Below, piece after piece: positions 27,125 through 35,659 of a stretch of 64,000 bases of DNA. The notes beneath the pieces are model-generated. The model saw only the letters and a program-made list of their open reading frames with translations, did no database searches and had not been told where the DNA came from. This stretch comes from an uncultured Gammaproteobacteria bacterium. GTDB lineage: Bacteria; Patescibacteriota; Patescibacteriia; VMEV01; CAYQCH01. The stretch covers positions 109,804 to 173,803 of the forward strand of contig CAZDCG010000001.1 in the NCBI GenBank assembly GCA_964503955.1, written 5' to 3'. Made by a program: the position numbers and the translations under genes. Each line of letters opens with the position of its first letter. Positions within the stretch are counted from its first letter, which is position 1.

Positions 27125-28156
27125 ATGGAAGGCAATTACTCAGCATGGGATATCAATATCCCGGATTTTTATGGTTTGGAACACGATCGCGACAAGCGTT
27201 TGTTCCTGATCCGTTTTGCTGTTCTCGCCCCCTCAAGTCATAATAGCCAGCCTTGGAAATTTCGTGTTTCCGATCAGACAATCGAAATCCGCCCTGAATC
27301 AAGCCGAGCCCTGCCGGACAGCGACGCAGACAACCGGCAGCTATTTATCAGCCTCGGATGCGCCATGGCCAATCTCCTCATTGCAGCTGAGCATTATGGA
27401 TATGCAACTGAAACTTTCATACAAGAGGCGGGGGCAGCTAGTTTCATACAAATCACCTTGCAACAACAAGACGACCGCCATTCGCGCGCATCGCAGCTGG
27501 AGCTGATCTACGCAATCTCTGAGCGCGTCACAAGCCGCGATAAATTCACGGAAACGATCATACCGGATTCGCTGCAGCGGTTCTTGCAAACAGCCAAAGA
27601 ACAGGATCTTTCCATCTTTTTAATCGATGAGCAAAACGTCAAGGAACAGATCGCGGATTGCGTCATGCGGGCGACCGATCAAGCCATGGCAGATAAACAA
27701 TTCCGTACCGAGCTTTCTCAATACGTTAAACCCAATACGACGAAGGATTTTCTCGGAATGCCTGCTTTTGGGATGGGCATTCCCACCCCTCTGTCACTGA
27801 TAGCCCCTCGAATCATCAAACATTTCGATGTAGGCAAACTCTCCCGCAAAACGGAAATGAATCTGCTGAAATCACATACGCCGTTTATGGGGATCATTGC
27901 CTCTGAGCAGGATACGCCAAAGGCATGGATCAAAACCGGAGCATTCTATCAGCAAATAGCACTGCGGGCGCATGCAAACGGGCTCGCCACGCACCCGCTG
28001 GCCGCGGCCATTCAAATTGGCGACCACTATAAAAATCTGCAGACAATTCTTCAGACAACCGCGCGCCCGCAATTCTTCTTCAGGCTTGGTATTGCCAAAT
28101 CCTTCCCCCATCACAGCCCGCGCATACCCGCAAAGGATGTAATCGAATCCGTATGA
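27125..28156 (+). CDS. Acg-family nitroreductase-like FMN-binding protein (double nitroreductase fold)
   Basis: VLAPSSHNSQPWKF motif near the N-terminus and 343-aa length typical of the Acg/Rv2032 family rather than SagB (no PSAGxLYP). Confidence 0.6.
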   Translation: MEGNYSAWDINIPDFYGLEHDRDKRLFLIRFAVLAPSSHNSQPWKFRVSDQTIEIRPESSRALPDSDADNRQLFISLGCAMANLLIAAEHYGYATETFIQEAGAASFIQITLQQQDDRHSRASQLELIYAISERVTSRDKFTETIIPDSLQRFLQTAKEQDLSIFLIDEQNVKEQIADCVMRATDQAMADKQFRTELSQYVKPNTTKDFLGMPAFGMGIPTPLSLIAPRIIKHFDVGKLSRKTEMNLLKSHTPFMGIIASEQDTPKAWIKTGAFYQQIALRAHANGLATHPLAAAIQIGDHYKNLQTILQTTARPQFFFRLGIAKSFPHHSPRIPAKDVIESV

Positions 28157-29208
28157 ACAGTTTAACCGCTTTACCTGAATACGACGGACATAAATATGTT
28201 CTGCGCTTCCAGGAGCCGCAATCCCAGCTGGTCGGCTATATTGCCATTCACCGAAGCGATGCCTTGCGCCCCGCTTTTGGCGCTACCCGCTTATGGCATT
28301 ATGAAACCGAAGAAGAAGCCCTGGCGGACGTTCTCCGGCTTTCAAAAGGCATGTCCAAAAAATCGGCATTGGCAGGATTGCGCTATGGAGGCGCCAAGGC
28401 GGTTATTATCGAACCGAAAGGAGCATATAATAGGAACAGACTCCTAAAAGCATATGCGCATGTTGTCAACGATCTTCACGGCCAATTTATTACCGGAACG
28501 GATGCAGGCATGACCAGAGATGATGTCATTGAAATGCGTAAATATTCGCGCTATTTCGTGGGGGTAAACGTGGATCCGACAAATTATACGGTGTTGGGCA
28601 TTTTATCAGCAATAAAAACAACGCTGAAATTCCTCTATCAGGACGGATCGCTTCAGCAACGTAGTTTTGCGATCCAAGGAGCAGGAAAAATCGGGGGGGA
28701 ACTCATCCGCCTCCTTTACCCCCAAACAAAGGCAATCTACGTAAGCGAAATTGACAAAACAAAGGTTTCAACATTAAAGGATCGTTACCCGGAAATTCAG
28801 TTTTGCGAGCCAGACGATATTCACAAAATGCCCGTTGATATTTTTTCCCCTTGTGCGCTGGCATACGCCATCAATAGAAAAACCGTTGCGGAAATCCAAA
28901 GCAAAGCTGTCGTAGGAGGAGCGAATAATCAGCTTGAAAATACCACATTAGCGGATGAACTCAGACTTCGAGGCATTCTCTACGCGCCTGATTATGTCGT
29001 AAATGCGGGAGGATTGATCAGCGTAGCGAGCGAATACGAATCGCATCACCTGTCTCCGCCTATCCTTGAAGAAAAGATTGGAAAAATCAGCTCTCTGCTG
29101 GAGCAGCTCTTCCGCGAAAGCTCCACCCTCAGAGCTTCAACGGTAGCAATCGCGGAACAGATAGCTCATCAACAGATAAATAGTTTTGAACCTTATCGAT
29201 ATAACTGA
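28153..29208 (+). CDS. Glu/Leu/Phe/Val dehydrogenase family protein (leucine/phenylalanine dehydrogenase-like)
   Basis: GATRLWHYETEEEALADVLRLSKGMSKKSALAGLRYGGAKAVII (catalytic Lys region), NAD Rossmann GAGKIGG, C-terminal NAGGLI. There is a 4-bp overlap with the upstream gene. Confidence 0.75.
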   Translation: MNSLTALPEYDGHKYVLRFQEPQSQLVGYIAIHRSDALRPAFGATRLWHYETEEEALADVLRLSKGMSKKSALAGLRYGGAKAVIIEPKGAYNRNRLLKAYAHVVNDLHGQFITGTDAGMTRDDVIEMRKYSRYFVGVNVDPTNYTVLGILSAIKTTLKFLYQDGSLQQRSFAIQGAGKIGGELIRLLYPQTKAIYVSEIDKTKVSTLKDRYPEIQFCEPDDIHKMPVDIFSPCALAYAINRKTVAEIQSKAVVGGANNQLENTTLADELRLRGILYAPDYVVNAGGLISVASEYESHHLSPPILEEKIGKISSLLEQLFRESSTLRASTVAIAEQIAHQQINSFEPYRYN

Positions 29209-29211
29209 CCT

Positions 29212-30024
29212 ATGAACAATATCCCAGATTCGATCGCTCCTGATTGGTGGAAAAGCGAAGGAGGATTCTTCGGAAAACTGTACGCGCAAGCCGATGACTC
29301 ATTGGAAGGATTTCTCAACCAGCCGCTCAGCATGAATCAACGCTTAATGGATGAAGTTGAAGGAGTCATGCGGCTGACAAATACCCAACCCGCTTCCCGG
29401 TTGATGGATTGTCCATCCGGCTACGGGCGCCACTCCCTCGGGCTTGCCCAAAAAGGGCTTGAGGTCACAGGCGTTGACATCAACGATGAACACCTTGAAC
29501 TCGCCGAACAGTCCCGTCAAAAAAGAGGAATCAAGAATGTTCGTTGGATAAAGCGCGACATGCGCGATCTTGATTTCGCAGAGGAATTCGACGCGGCCAT
29601 CAACATGTTCTATTCTTTTGGATTCTTTCAAGACGAAGCCGACGACCAGAAATCAATCGAGAATTTCTACCGCGCACTCAAACCGGGCGGGAAATGGCTG
29701 ATGCACACGTTTATCACGATTCCCAAAATCCGAGCCGGCAATTACAAAAAGCATGATGTCAGAACGCTCACATCTGGAAATAAGCTTGAGCTATACCGTG
29801 ATTTTGATGAGACGACCAAGAGAGAGATTGGCACCTGGTCTATTGTGAAACCGGATGGCAGCCGGGAAGAACTCGCGCCGTATTCAATGAGAATCTACGA
29901 CACAACGGAATATGAAGCGATGACGAAAAAAGCAGGTTTTAGCAAATGTGAGGCATTTGGTGACTGGAAAGGCACTCCGTATACCCCAGAATCCGAATTG
30001 CTGATTTTCGTCGCGACAAAATAA
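29212..30024 (+). CDS. Class I SAM-dependent methyltransferase
   Basis: Motif I LMDCPSGYGRHSLGLAQKG-LEVTGVDIN, with acidic residues at the ends of beta2 and beta4. Confidence 0.7.
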   Translation: MNNIPDSIAPDWWKSEGGFFGKLYAQADDSLEGFLNQPLSMNQRLMDEVEGVMRLTNTQPASRLMDCPSGYGRHSLGLAQKGLEVTGVDINDEHLELAEQSRQKRGIKNVRWIKRDMRDLDFAEEFDAAINMFYSFGFFQDEADDQKSIENFYRALKPGGKWLMHTFITIPKIRAGNYKKHDVRTLTSGNKLELYRDFDETTKREIGTWSIVKPDGSREELAPYSMRIYDTTEYEAMTKKAGFSKCEAFGDWKGTPYTPESELLIFVATK

Positions 30025-30026
30025 GT

Positions 30027-31550
30027 ATGGATTTTACGAAATCCTCAACCCAGCTTGATACAAAACAAGGATGGGAAGAATTTTTCAAGGAAAAAATTAT
30101 TGATTTTCCTGATCTTTCTGATACAAACGCTTTTTCACAAAACGCGTTGATGCTGTTCCGAAAAATGGCAACCAGTGTACCTGCTTATAAGGATTTCCTT
30201 AAAAAGCAGAGGGTCGCTCCAGAAAAAATCAAAACGGTTTCCGACCTAAAACAAGTTCCGTGTATCGACAAAGCAAATTATCTGAACCGGTATCCCCTCG
30301 AAGCCTTGTGCTGGAACGGCGATCTTCGCGCCCCCATTATCTCATCAAGCTCGGGTTCATCTGGCACCCCGACCTTCTGGCCTCGATCAGAGGAAATCGA
30401 ACTTGAAACAAGCATTATTTACGAGCTGTTTCTTACCCAGATTTACAAAATTCACGAAAAAAAAACCCTTTTGATCAATGGGTTTGCAATGGGAATCTAC
30501 ATTGGAGGAAGTTTCACATTAAACGCCTGCATGCGTTTAAGCAAAAAAGGCTACCCACTCTCCATAGTCACCCCTGGGATCAACAAGAAAGATTTCCTGA
30601 ACAGCCTTGAGCGCCTTCATCCCTACTTCGATCAAGTTATCCTTGGAGGGTACCCACCCTTTATTAAAGATATCCTCGATGATTGCAAGCAACAGGGCTT
30701 GGAGATCCCCTCAGGAAAACTGAAACTCTTTCTCGCAGCGGAAATGATCAGCGAAACTTTCCGTTCTTATTTGTATAAGCACGCATGCATAGACAATGAC
30801 GCATACTACTTCAATTCAATGAATCTGTACGGAACGGCTGACGCGGCCATTGCTGGACATGAAACCCCACTCACCATTTTCCTGAGCCGCCTTCTAGCAA
30901 ACAACGCAGAACTTTGCAGAAAAATTTTTGATGTTTCGTATGTTCCGTCTTTGAATATGGCCTACCCATTCTTCAAACACATGGATCTGCTTGAAAATGA
31001 GTTGCTTATCTCAACGTGGAATAATGCTATTCCCCTATGCCGGTATAACATTCACGACAAGGGGAAACTTTTCACCTTGGAGGACATGCTGCAAATCCTA
31101 GATCAAGCACAGATTTCCAAAGCAGAATTGGAACAAAGTATTGGAAACACGTTCCTTCTTCCTTACCAGTATGTGGCGGTTTATGGAAAAAGTGATAATA
31201 CCGCATCTCTGTACGGCCTGCTGATCTACCCCGAGACAATTAAAAAAGCTCTTTTTTCTCCAGAGTTAAATGATACCATCACGGGGAAATTTACGATGCA
31301 AACAAAACTTGACGCAAAGCAGAACCAATTCCTGGAAATCCACATTGAATTGCTTCCAAACGCGACAAGATCTCAAGAAATGGAAGAAAAAATTGTCGCC
31401 GCAATCGTGCGCACATTAATCGAAGATAATGCGGAATATCGATTCCTTCAAAAAGATCACCCGGAGCGATACAAACCCATCATTCGCCTCCACCCTTACG
31501 GAGAGCCGGAATATTTCCCGGAAGGAATTAAACAAAAATGGACGAGATAA
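30027..31550 (+). CDS. PaaK-like adenylate-forming enzyme (phenylacetate-CoA ligase / coenzyme F390 synthetase family, ANL superfamily)
   Basis: Phosphate-binding loop SSSGSSGTPTFWP and overall about 500-aa PaaK-like architecture. Confidence 0.65.
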   Translation: MDFTKSSTQLDTKQGWEEFFKEKIIDFPDLSDTNAFSQNALMLFRKMATSVPAYKDFLKKQRVAPEKIKTVSDLKQVPCIDKANYLNRYPLEALCWNGDLRAPIISSSSGSSGTPTFWPRSEEIELETSIIYELFLTQIYKIHEKKTLLINGFAMGIYIGGSFTLNACMRLSKKGYPLSIVTPGINKKDFLNSLERLHPYFDQVILGGYPPFIKDILDDCKQQGLEIPSGKLKLFLAAEMISETFRSYLYKHACIDNDAYYFNSMNLYGTADAAIAGHETPLTIFLSRLLANNAELCRKIFDVSYVPSLNMAYPFFKHMDLLENELLISTWNNAIPLCRYNIHDKGKLFTLEDMLQILDQAQISKAELEQSIGNTFLLPYQYVAVYGKSDNTASLYGLLIYPETIKKALFSPELNDTITGKFTMQTKLDAKQNQFLEIHIELLPNATRSQEMEEKIVAAIVRTLIEDNAEYRFLQKDHPERYKPIIRLHPYGEPEYFPEGIKQKWTR

Positions 31551-31551
31551 T

Positions 31552-32724
31552 ATGACTCTAGAGCAGCACCTCAAACGTTTCACGCAAGATCAGCGATTTA
31601 CTCCAGAATTTTTCGACTTGTCCAAAAGCATAGACCGAAAGAGATTGGCAGCATACTTTGACCAAAACTTGATTGTCGAAGTAAACGATTCTTATACGGA
31701 CCAATTAGAGGAATTATTTCAAATAGACAATCCCAGATTAGTTCATGCACAAGCGTATGAAACCTCATTGGCTGAATTTCTTGAGGAAATAGAATCGCGA
31801 GCCCCGCTTTACCAACAAGGTAAATGGGTCTATTTCCCATGGAACAGAAAATTGATCCATATTCTTGATGAACCATTTTTTCAAAAAGTCCGGTTCTCAA
31901 GAAACCGTAATTATATCAGCCGTGACGAACAAGCAAATTTCTACCACAGCTCTATCGGTATAGCAGGCTTGAGTGTTGGAAACAGCATCGCAACGACCAT
32001 CGTAATGCTCGGGGGAGCAAAACATATCCGATTGGCTGATTTTGATGAGCTTAGCTTATCAAACTGCAATAGGATCCGCACGAGCATTGAAAACCTTGGA
32101 ATTCCAAAAATTATTATCACGGCCAGACAAATCTACGAACTCAACCCGTACGCAAACGTGCAGATATTCCCTGAGGGGATCACCGAAGAAAATATTGAAG
32201 CATTCTTGAGTTCATCGCCCCCCCTCGATATCGTTATCGACGAGCTTGATAACCTCGCCATGAAATACTTGTTAAGAATGAAAGCGAAGGAAAACAGAAT
32301 TCCCGTACTTATGGGGACAGATAACGGTGACGACTGCATTATCGATTTGGAACGATACGATCTTGACCCCACACGGGAGATTTTTCACGGCCGCCTAAAC
32401 GGTGTAGAATTCAATGATCTAAAAAATCTCACAAAAGCACAAATAGGAAAAATCGCGGGGCGCCTTATCGGCATTGAAAATATTTCCTCGAGAATGATGG
32501 AATCTCTTCCCGAAATCGGAACATCGCTCATTTCATGGCCCCAGCTTGGAAGCGCGGCTCTTATGAATGGAGCTGCTCTGGCCTACTGTGCTCGCAGAAT
32601 TCTCAACAAGCAGCCAATTGCAGACGGCAGATGTTTCCTTTCCGTTGAAAAAGAGCTTTTGCCAGCCAAATCATATGATGCAGAACTGCAGAAAAGGAAA
32701 AAACTAGCTAGCCAATTAATGTGA
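31552..32724 (+). CDS. E1/ThiF/MoeB-family adenylyltransferase with about 170-aa N-terminal extension
   Basis: Rossmann nucleotide loop SIGIAGLSVGNSIATTIVMLGGAKHIRLADFDELSLSNCNRI matches the ThiF family. There are no C-terminal CxxC pairs. ATG at 31552 is 1 nt after the PaaK-like stop, so the ORF-track start at 31429 is rejected. Confidence 0.7.
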   Translation: MTLEQHLKRFTQDQRFTPEFFDLSKSIDRKRLAAYFDQNLIVEVNDSYTDQLEELFQIDNPRLVHAQAYETSLAEFLEEIESRAPLYQQGKWVYFPWNRKLIHILDEPFFQKVRFSRNRNYISRDEQANFYHSSIGIAGLSVGNSIATTIVMLGGAKHIRLADFDELSLSNCNRIRTSIENLGIPKIIITARQIYELNPYANVQIFPEGITEENIEAFLSSSPPLDIVIDELDNLAMKYLLRMKAKENRIPVLMGTDNGDDCIIDLERYDLDPTREIFHGRLNGVEFNDLKNLTKAQIGKIAGRLIGIENISSRMMESLPEIGTSLISWPQLGSAALMNGAALAYCARRILNKQPIADGRCFLSVEKELLPAKSYDAELQKRKKLASQLM

Positions 32725-33614
32725 TTTTTGTGACAGATGCCACATCAAAGCTATTACAAAAATGGGTAACATCTCCTGTGAAAGAATCTACTTTCAGCTC
32801 GGGGGGGACCATCATCAAGTATATAAAAACAGGGAACGGTCCTGCGGTATTGATGCTGCACGGAGCCAATATGGGGTGGAAGCAATGGTTTCCAAACATT
32901 GATCATTTAGCGAAATCTTGCACCATTTATGCTATCGATCTTCCAGGGGCGGGCGAATCATCTCCTATAAATTACGATGAAGTATGCTTTGAAAAAAACT
33001 ATGTACAACCCGTTTCATTTTTCATGAAGAATGTTCTCCCTCCTGATTTTTCAATGATTGCGCATTCTTTCTCAGGATGGTTATCTATGCGTCTCATTGA
33101 ACGGGAGCATATACCACAAAGCCTCGTCCTCATAAATCCGGTCGGCTTCACCAGGAAAATCCCTAAAAAACACCTCGCTTTATCATCCCGGGCGTTAACA
33201 CAGCTTCTTGTGAGGACGGTAATGAAACCGACTCAGAAAAATATCCGGAAGTTTTGCCGCGATGTTTGCTATAATAGTAGTACCATCCCCCCCGAGTTTA
33301 TCAATGCTTATACGGCAGATCTTCGTTTCGACAACCACCCCTTTTGCTTCATTCACAGCTTGATAGGATCAATGAAACTAAAAGAGGAACTGCTGATTCA
33401 GCCAAGCAACTATCTCCCACAAGTACCAATCTTACTTATCCATGGCAAATATGATCCGTTGGTTTTGGAAGAAACGATGACGAGAGCCAAAGAACTCCTT
33501 CGTCCACGGCGCTTTTACCAGTTTCAAAAATCAGGCCATGTCCCCTCAATTGAAGAATATCAACTCTTCAATTCTCTTGCATCGAGCTTCATAAGACAAA
33601 CATGCAGTTCATAA
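32721..33614 (+). CDS. Alpha/beta-hydrolase fold protein
   Basis: HGANMGWKQW oxyanion region and nucleophile elbow AHSFSGW. It overlaps the E1-like stop. Confidence 0.65.
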   Translation: MIFVTDATSKLLQKWVTSPVKESTFSSGGTIIKYIKTGNGPAVLMLHGANMGWKQWFPNIDHLAKSCTIYAIDLPGAGESSPINYDEVCFEKNYVQPVSFFMKNVLPPDFSMIAHSFSGWLSMRLIEREHIPQSLVLINPVGFTRKIPKKHLALSSRALTQLLVRTVMKPTQKNIRKFCRDVCYNSSTIPPEFINAYTADLRFDNHPFCFIHSLIGSMKLKEELLIQPSNYLPQVPILLIHGKYDPLVLEETMTRAKELLRPRRFYQFQKSGHVPSIEEYQLFNSLASSFIRQTCSS

Positions 33615-35227
33615 CGGAAATAATCTCTCTTCCTTCCTTTAGCCTGAGTTTTCTTGTCATTTCGGTATGCATAAACTTTATCCTAGCAATATTGGTCTTA
33701 AAGAATGATTATCGCAGCGACACAAACAGGTTGTACGGCATCCTTTCCATTTTTCTGTCGATTTGGCTCGTAGTAATTTTTGGCTCATCACGTTCAGATT
33801 TATCCCCCCAGAATGCTCTTTTCCTTGCAAGATTGAGTCTGTTCATTGCAGCTCCAATGACGCTGACATTCTTTATATTCGCCCATACTATCCCTTCGGA
33901 TCGAATACAGCTCAAGAAAAAATGGCTGGCAACAAGCGTACTAGTCACTCTTTTTATCATGGCAGCATGCTTTACGCCGTTTCTGATGATTCTAGGAGAA
34001 CAGAATGGAATAGAGCCATCGTGGGGAATGGCCGGCTTTGGTACATTAACTATTTTCTACAGTTTAAGCGCTGTTTTTCTCCTCACAAAAAAGCTCCTCA
34101 CATCTCAAGGGATCTTACGAAAGCAGTACCAATACATCATGCTTGGGCTGCTCCTTATGACCGGATTTATCACATCCACGATTTTTTTCCCCGTCCTGCT
34201 TGAAAACAATCAGACATACCTGCCCTTAGCCCCGCTTTACGCGCTGTTTTTCTTAGGCGCTACCGCGTATTCCATCATTCATCATCAACTCTTTGATTTA
34301 AAAATCATCGCGACTAAATTTTTTGTTGCGATTCTGTCAATCATCTTTTTTGCAAGGCTCTTCGCGACAAGTGACGTCGACACATTTCTATTTGAACTCT
34401 CCATCTTCCTCTCTACCGTCTTCTTCGGCTATCTCCTGATAAAGAGCGTAAATAAGGAAGTCGAGCAGCGCGAGCAGCTGGCAAAGCTCAACCGCCGCCT
34501 AAAGCGCTCCAATATCCGCTTAGAAGAATTATTAAAACTCAAATCAGAATTTGTGGGTATTGCTTCCCATCAGCTGCGAACTCCCCTGACCGTTCTTCGA
34601 GGACTGCTTGATATGCAGGTAAACGGCGATTTCAACAACCTCCCGGAAGCAAAAGTAAAATCCCTTCAAATGGACATGCTTAAAAGCGCGGTTCGTCTCA
34701 ACAGTCTCATCAGCGATCTGATGGATATGACGAAAATGGAAGGCGGCATCACTTTGCAGATTAAAGAAGTCAATCTATGTGATTTGCTGTCTGAAATCAC
34801 GCAGCAGCTCTCGTCAAATTTCAAGCAAAAAAATCTAGAAACCAGCATGGTTTGCGTCAATGAAATCCCGCCAATTGAAGGCGATCCTAAATACCTGCAT
34901 GAAGCCTTCTCAAACCTCATCGACAATGCCGAAAAGTACACTCAAAAAGGAGGCATTTCTATCCGCGTGCGGAGAGTGGGGCCGGAAGTCGTGGTTAAAA
35001 TTGTCGATACCGGTATCGGTTTAACCGCGGAAGACAAAGCCAAACTGTTTAAAAAATTCACGCGCGGCGAACGATCCACGACCATCCACACCGAAGGAAC
35101 CGGACTTGGACTCTATATCGTCAAACGCGTGATCGACGCGCATAACGGCCAGATCAGCTTCGACAGCGAGGGAGCCGGGAAAGGAACGACCGTAACGGTC
35201 ACCTTGCCGATCAAATACGAAAACTAG
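33602..35227 (+). CDS. Sensor histidine kinase with N-terminal 6-7 TM sensing domain (orphan, no adjacent response regulator)
   Basis: H-box FVGIASHQLRTPL, N/G boxes LIDNAEKYT and GTGLGLYIVKRVIDAHNG. Confidence 0.8.
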   Translation: MQFITEIISLPSFSLSFLVISVCINFILAILVLKNDYRSDTNRLYGILSIFLSIWLVVIFGSSRSDLSPQNALFLARLSLFIAAPMTLTFFIFAHTIPSDRIQLKKKWLATSVLVTLFIMAACFTPFLMILGEQNGIEPSWGMAGFGTLTIFYSLSAVFLLTKKLLTSQGILRKQYQYIMLGLLLMTGFITSTIFFPVLLENNQTYLPLAPLYALFFLGATAYSIIHHQLFDLKIIATKFFVAILSIIFFARLFATSDVDTFLFELSIFLSTVFFGYLLIKSVNKEVEQREQLAKLNRRLKRSNIRLEELLKLKSEFVGIASHQLRTPLTVLRGLLDMQVNGDFNNLPEAKVKSLQMDMLKSAVRLNSLISDLMDMTKMEGGITLQIKEVNLCDLLSEITQQLSSNFKQKNLETSMVCVNEIPPIEGDPKYLHEAFSNLIDNAEKYTQKGGISIRVRRVGPEVVVKIVDTGIGLTAEDKAKLFKKFTRGERSTTIHTEGTGLGLYIVKRVIDAHNGQISFDSEGAGKGTTVTVTLPIKYEN

Positions 35228-35423
35228 GTTCCGTTTTCGTAGGGAATTACCCTTTGCACGTCTTCGCGCAAATTATCGCTTCTGTCAAGATCCCGCTCCG
35301 GCAAAGACGCGTCTTTATACGCGATTGCCTGAACCAGCAGAACAAGAATGACAAGCAATCCAATCACAAGCACAATAGACCAGCAAGTAACCCATTTGAG
35401 TTTATCGCGTTCTCCTTGGCGCA
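35224..35423 (-). CDS. Small single-TM protein (66 aa)
   Basis: ATG at 35423 is preceded by GGAGGTGG 7 nt upstream. The track start at 35454 is less likely. Confidence 0.45.
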
Positions 35424-35493
35424 TAGTTGACCACCTCCAAGGATAGAACCACAACCTGCGGCCTTTTCTTGCAAAAGCAAAATCCCCACACTG

Positions 35494-35564
35494 CTCGGAG
35501 ACTAGGATTCGAACCTAGATTACCAGGGCCAGAACCTGGCGTCCTACCATTAGACGATCTCCGA
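35494..35564 (-). tRNA. tRNA-Gln (anticodon CUG)
   Basis: Manual fold gives a 7-bp acceptor stem with a U1-A72 pair (as in tRNA-Gln), D-arm GTC/AATGGTAG/GAC, anticodon stem CCAGG/CCTGG with loop UUCUGGC, T-arm CTAGG-TTCGAAT-CCTAG and discriminator G. CCA is not encoded. Confidence 0.8.
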
Positions 35565-35659
35565 ACAGCAAGGGGATTCTTGTTTGTACAAAAAGCGGCC
35601 TTTTCAAAAGCCGCAGATTGATCCTGCAAGGGCTAATGTACCAAGAAAAGGGCTCAGCG

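Noticed and set aside
31429-31551. 41-codon N-terminal extension of the E1-like ORF (ending ...NGRDN), briefly considered as a fused MccA-like peptide
   Set aside because: It is in frame with, and entirely inside, the 3' end of the PaaK-like gene. A clean ATG at 31552 lies 1 nt after that gene's stop.
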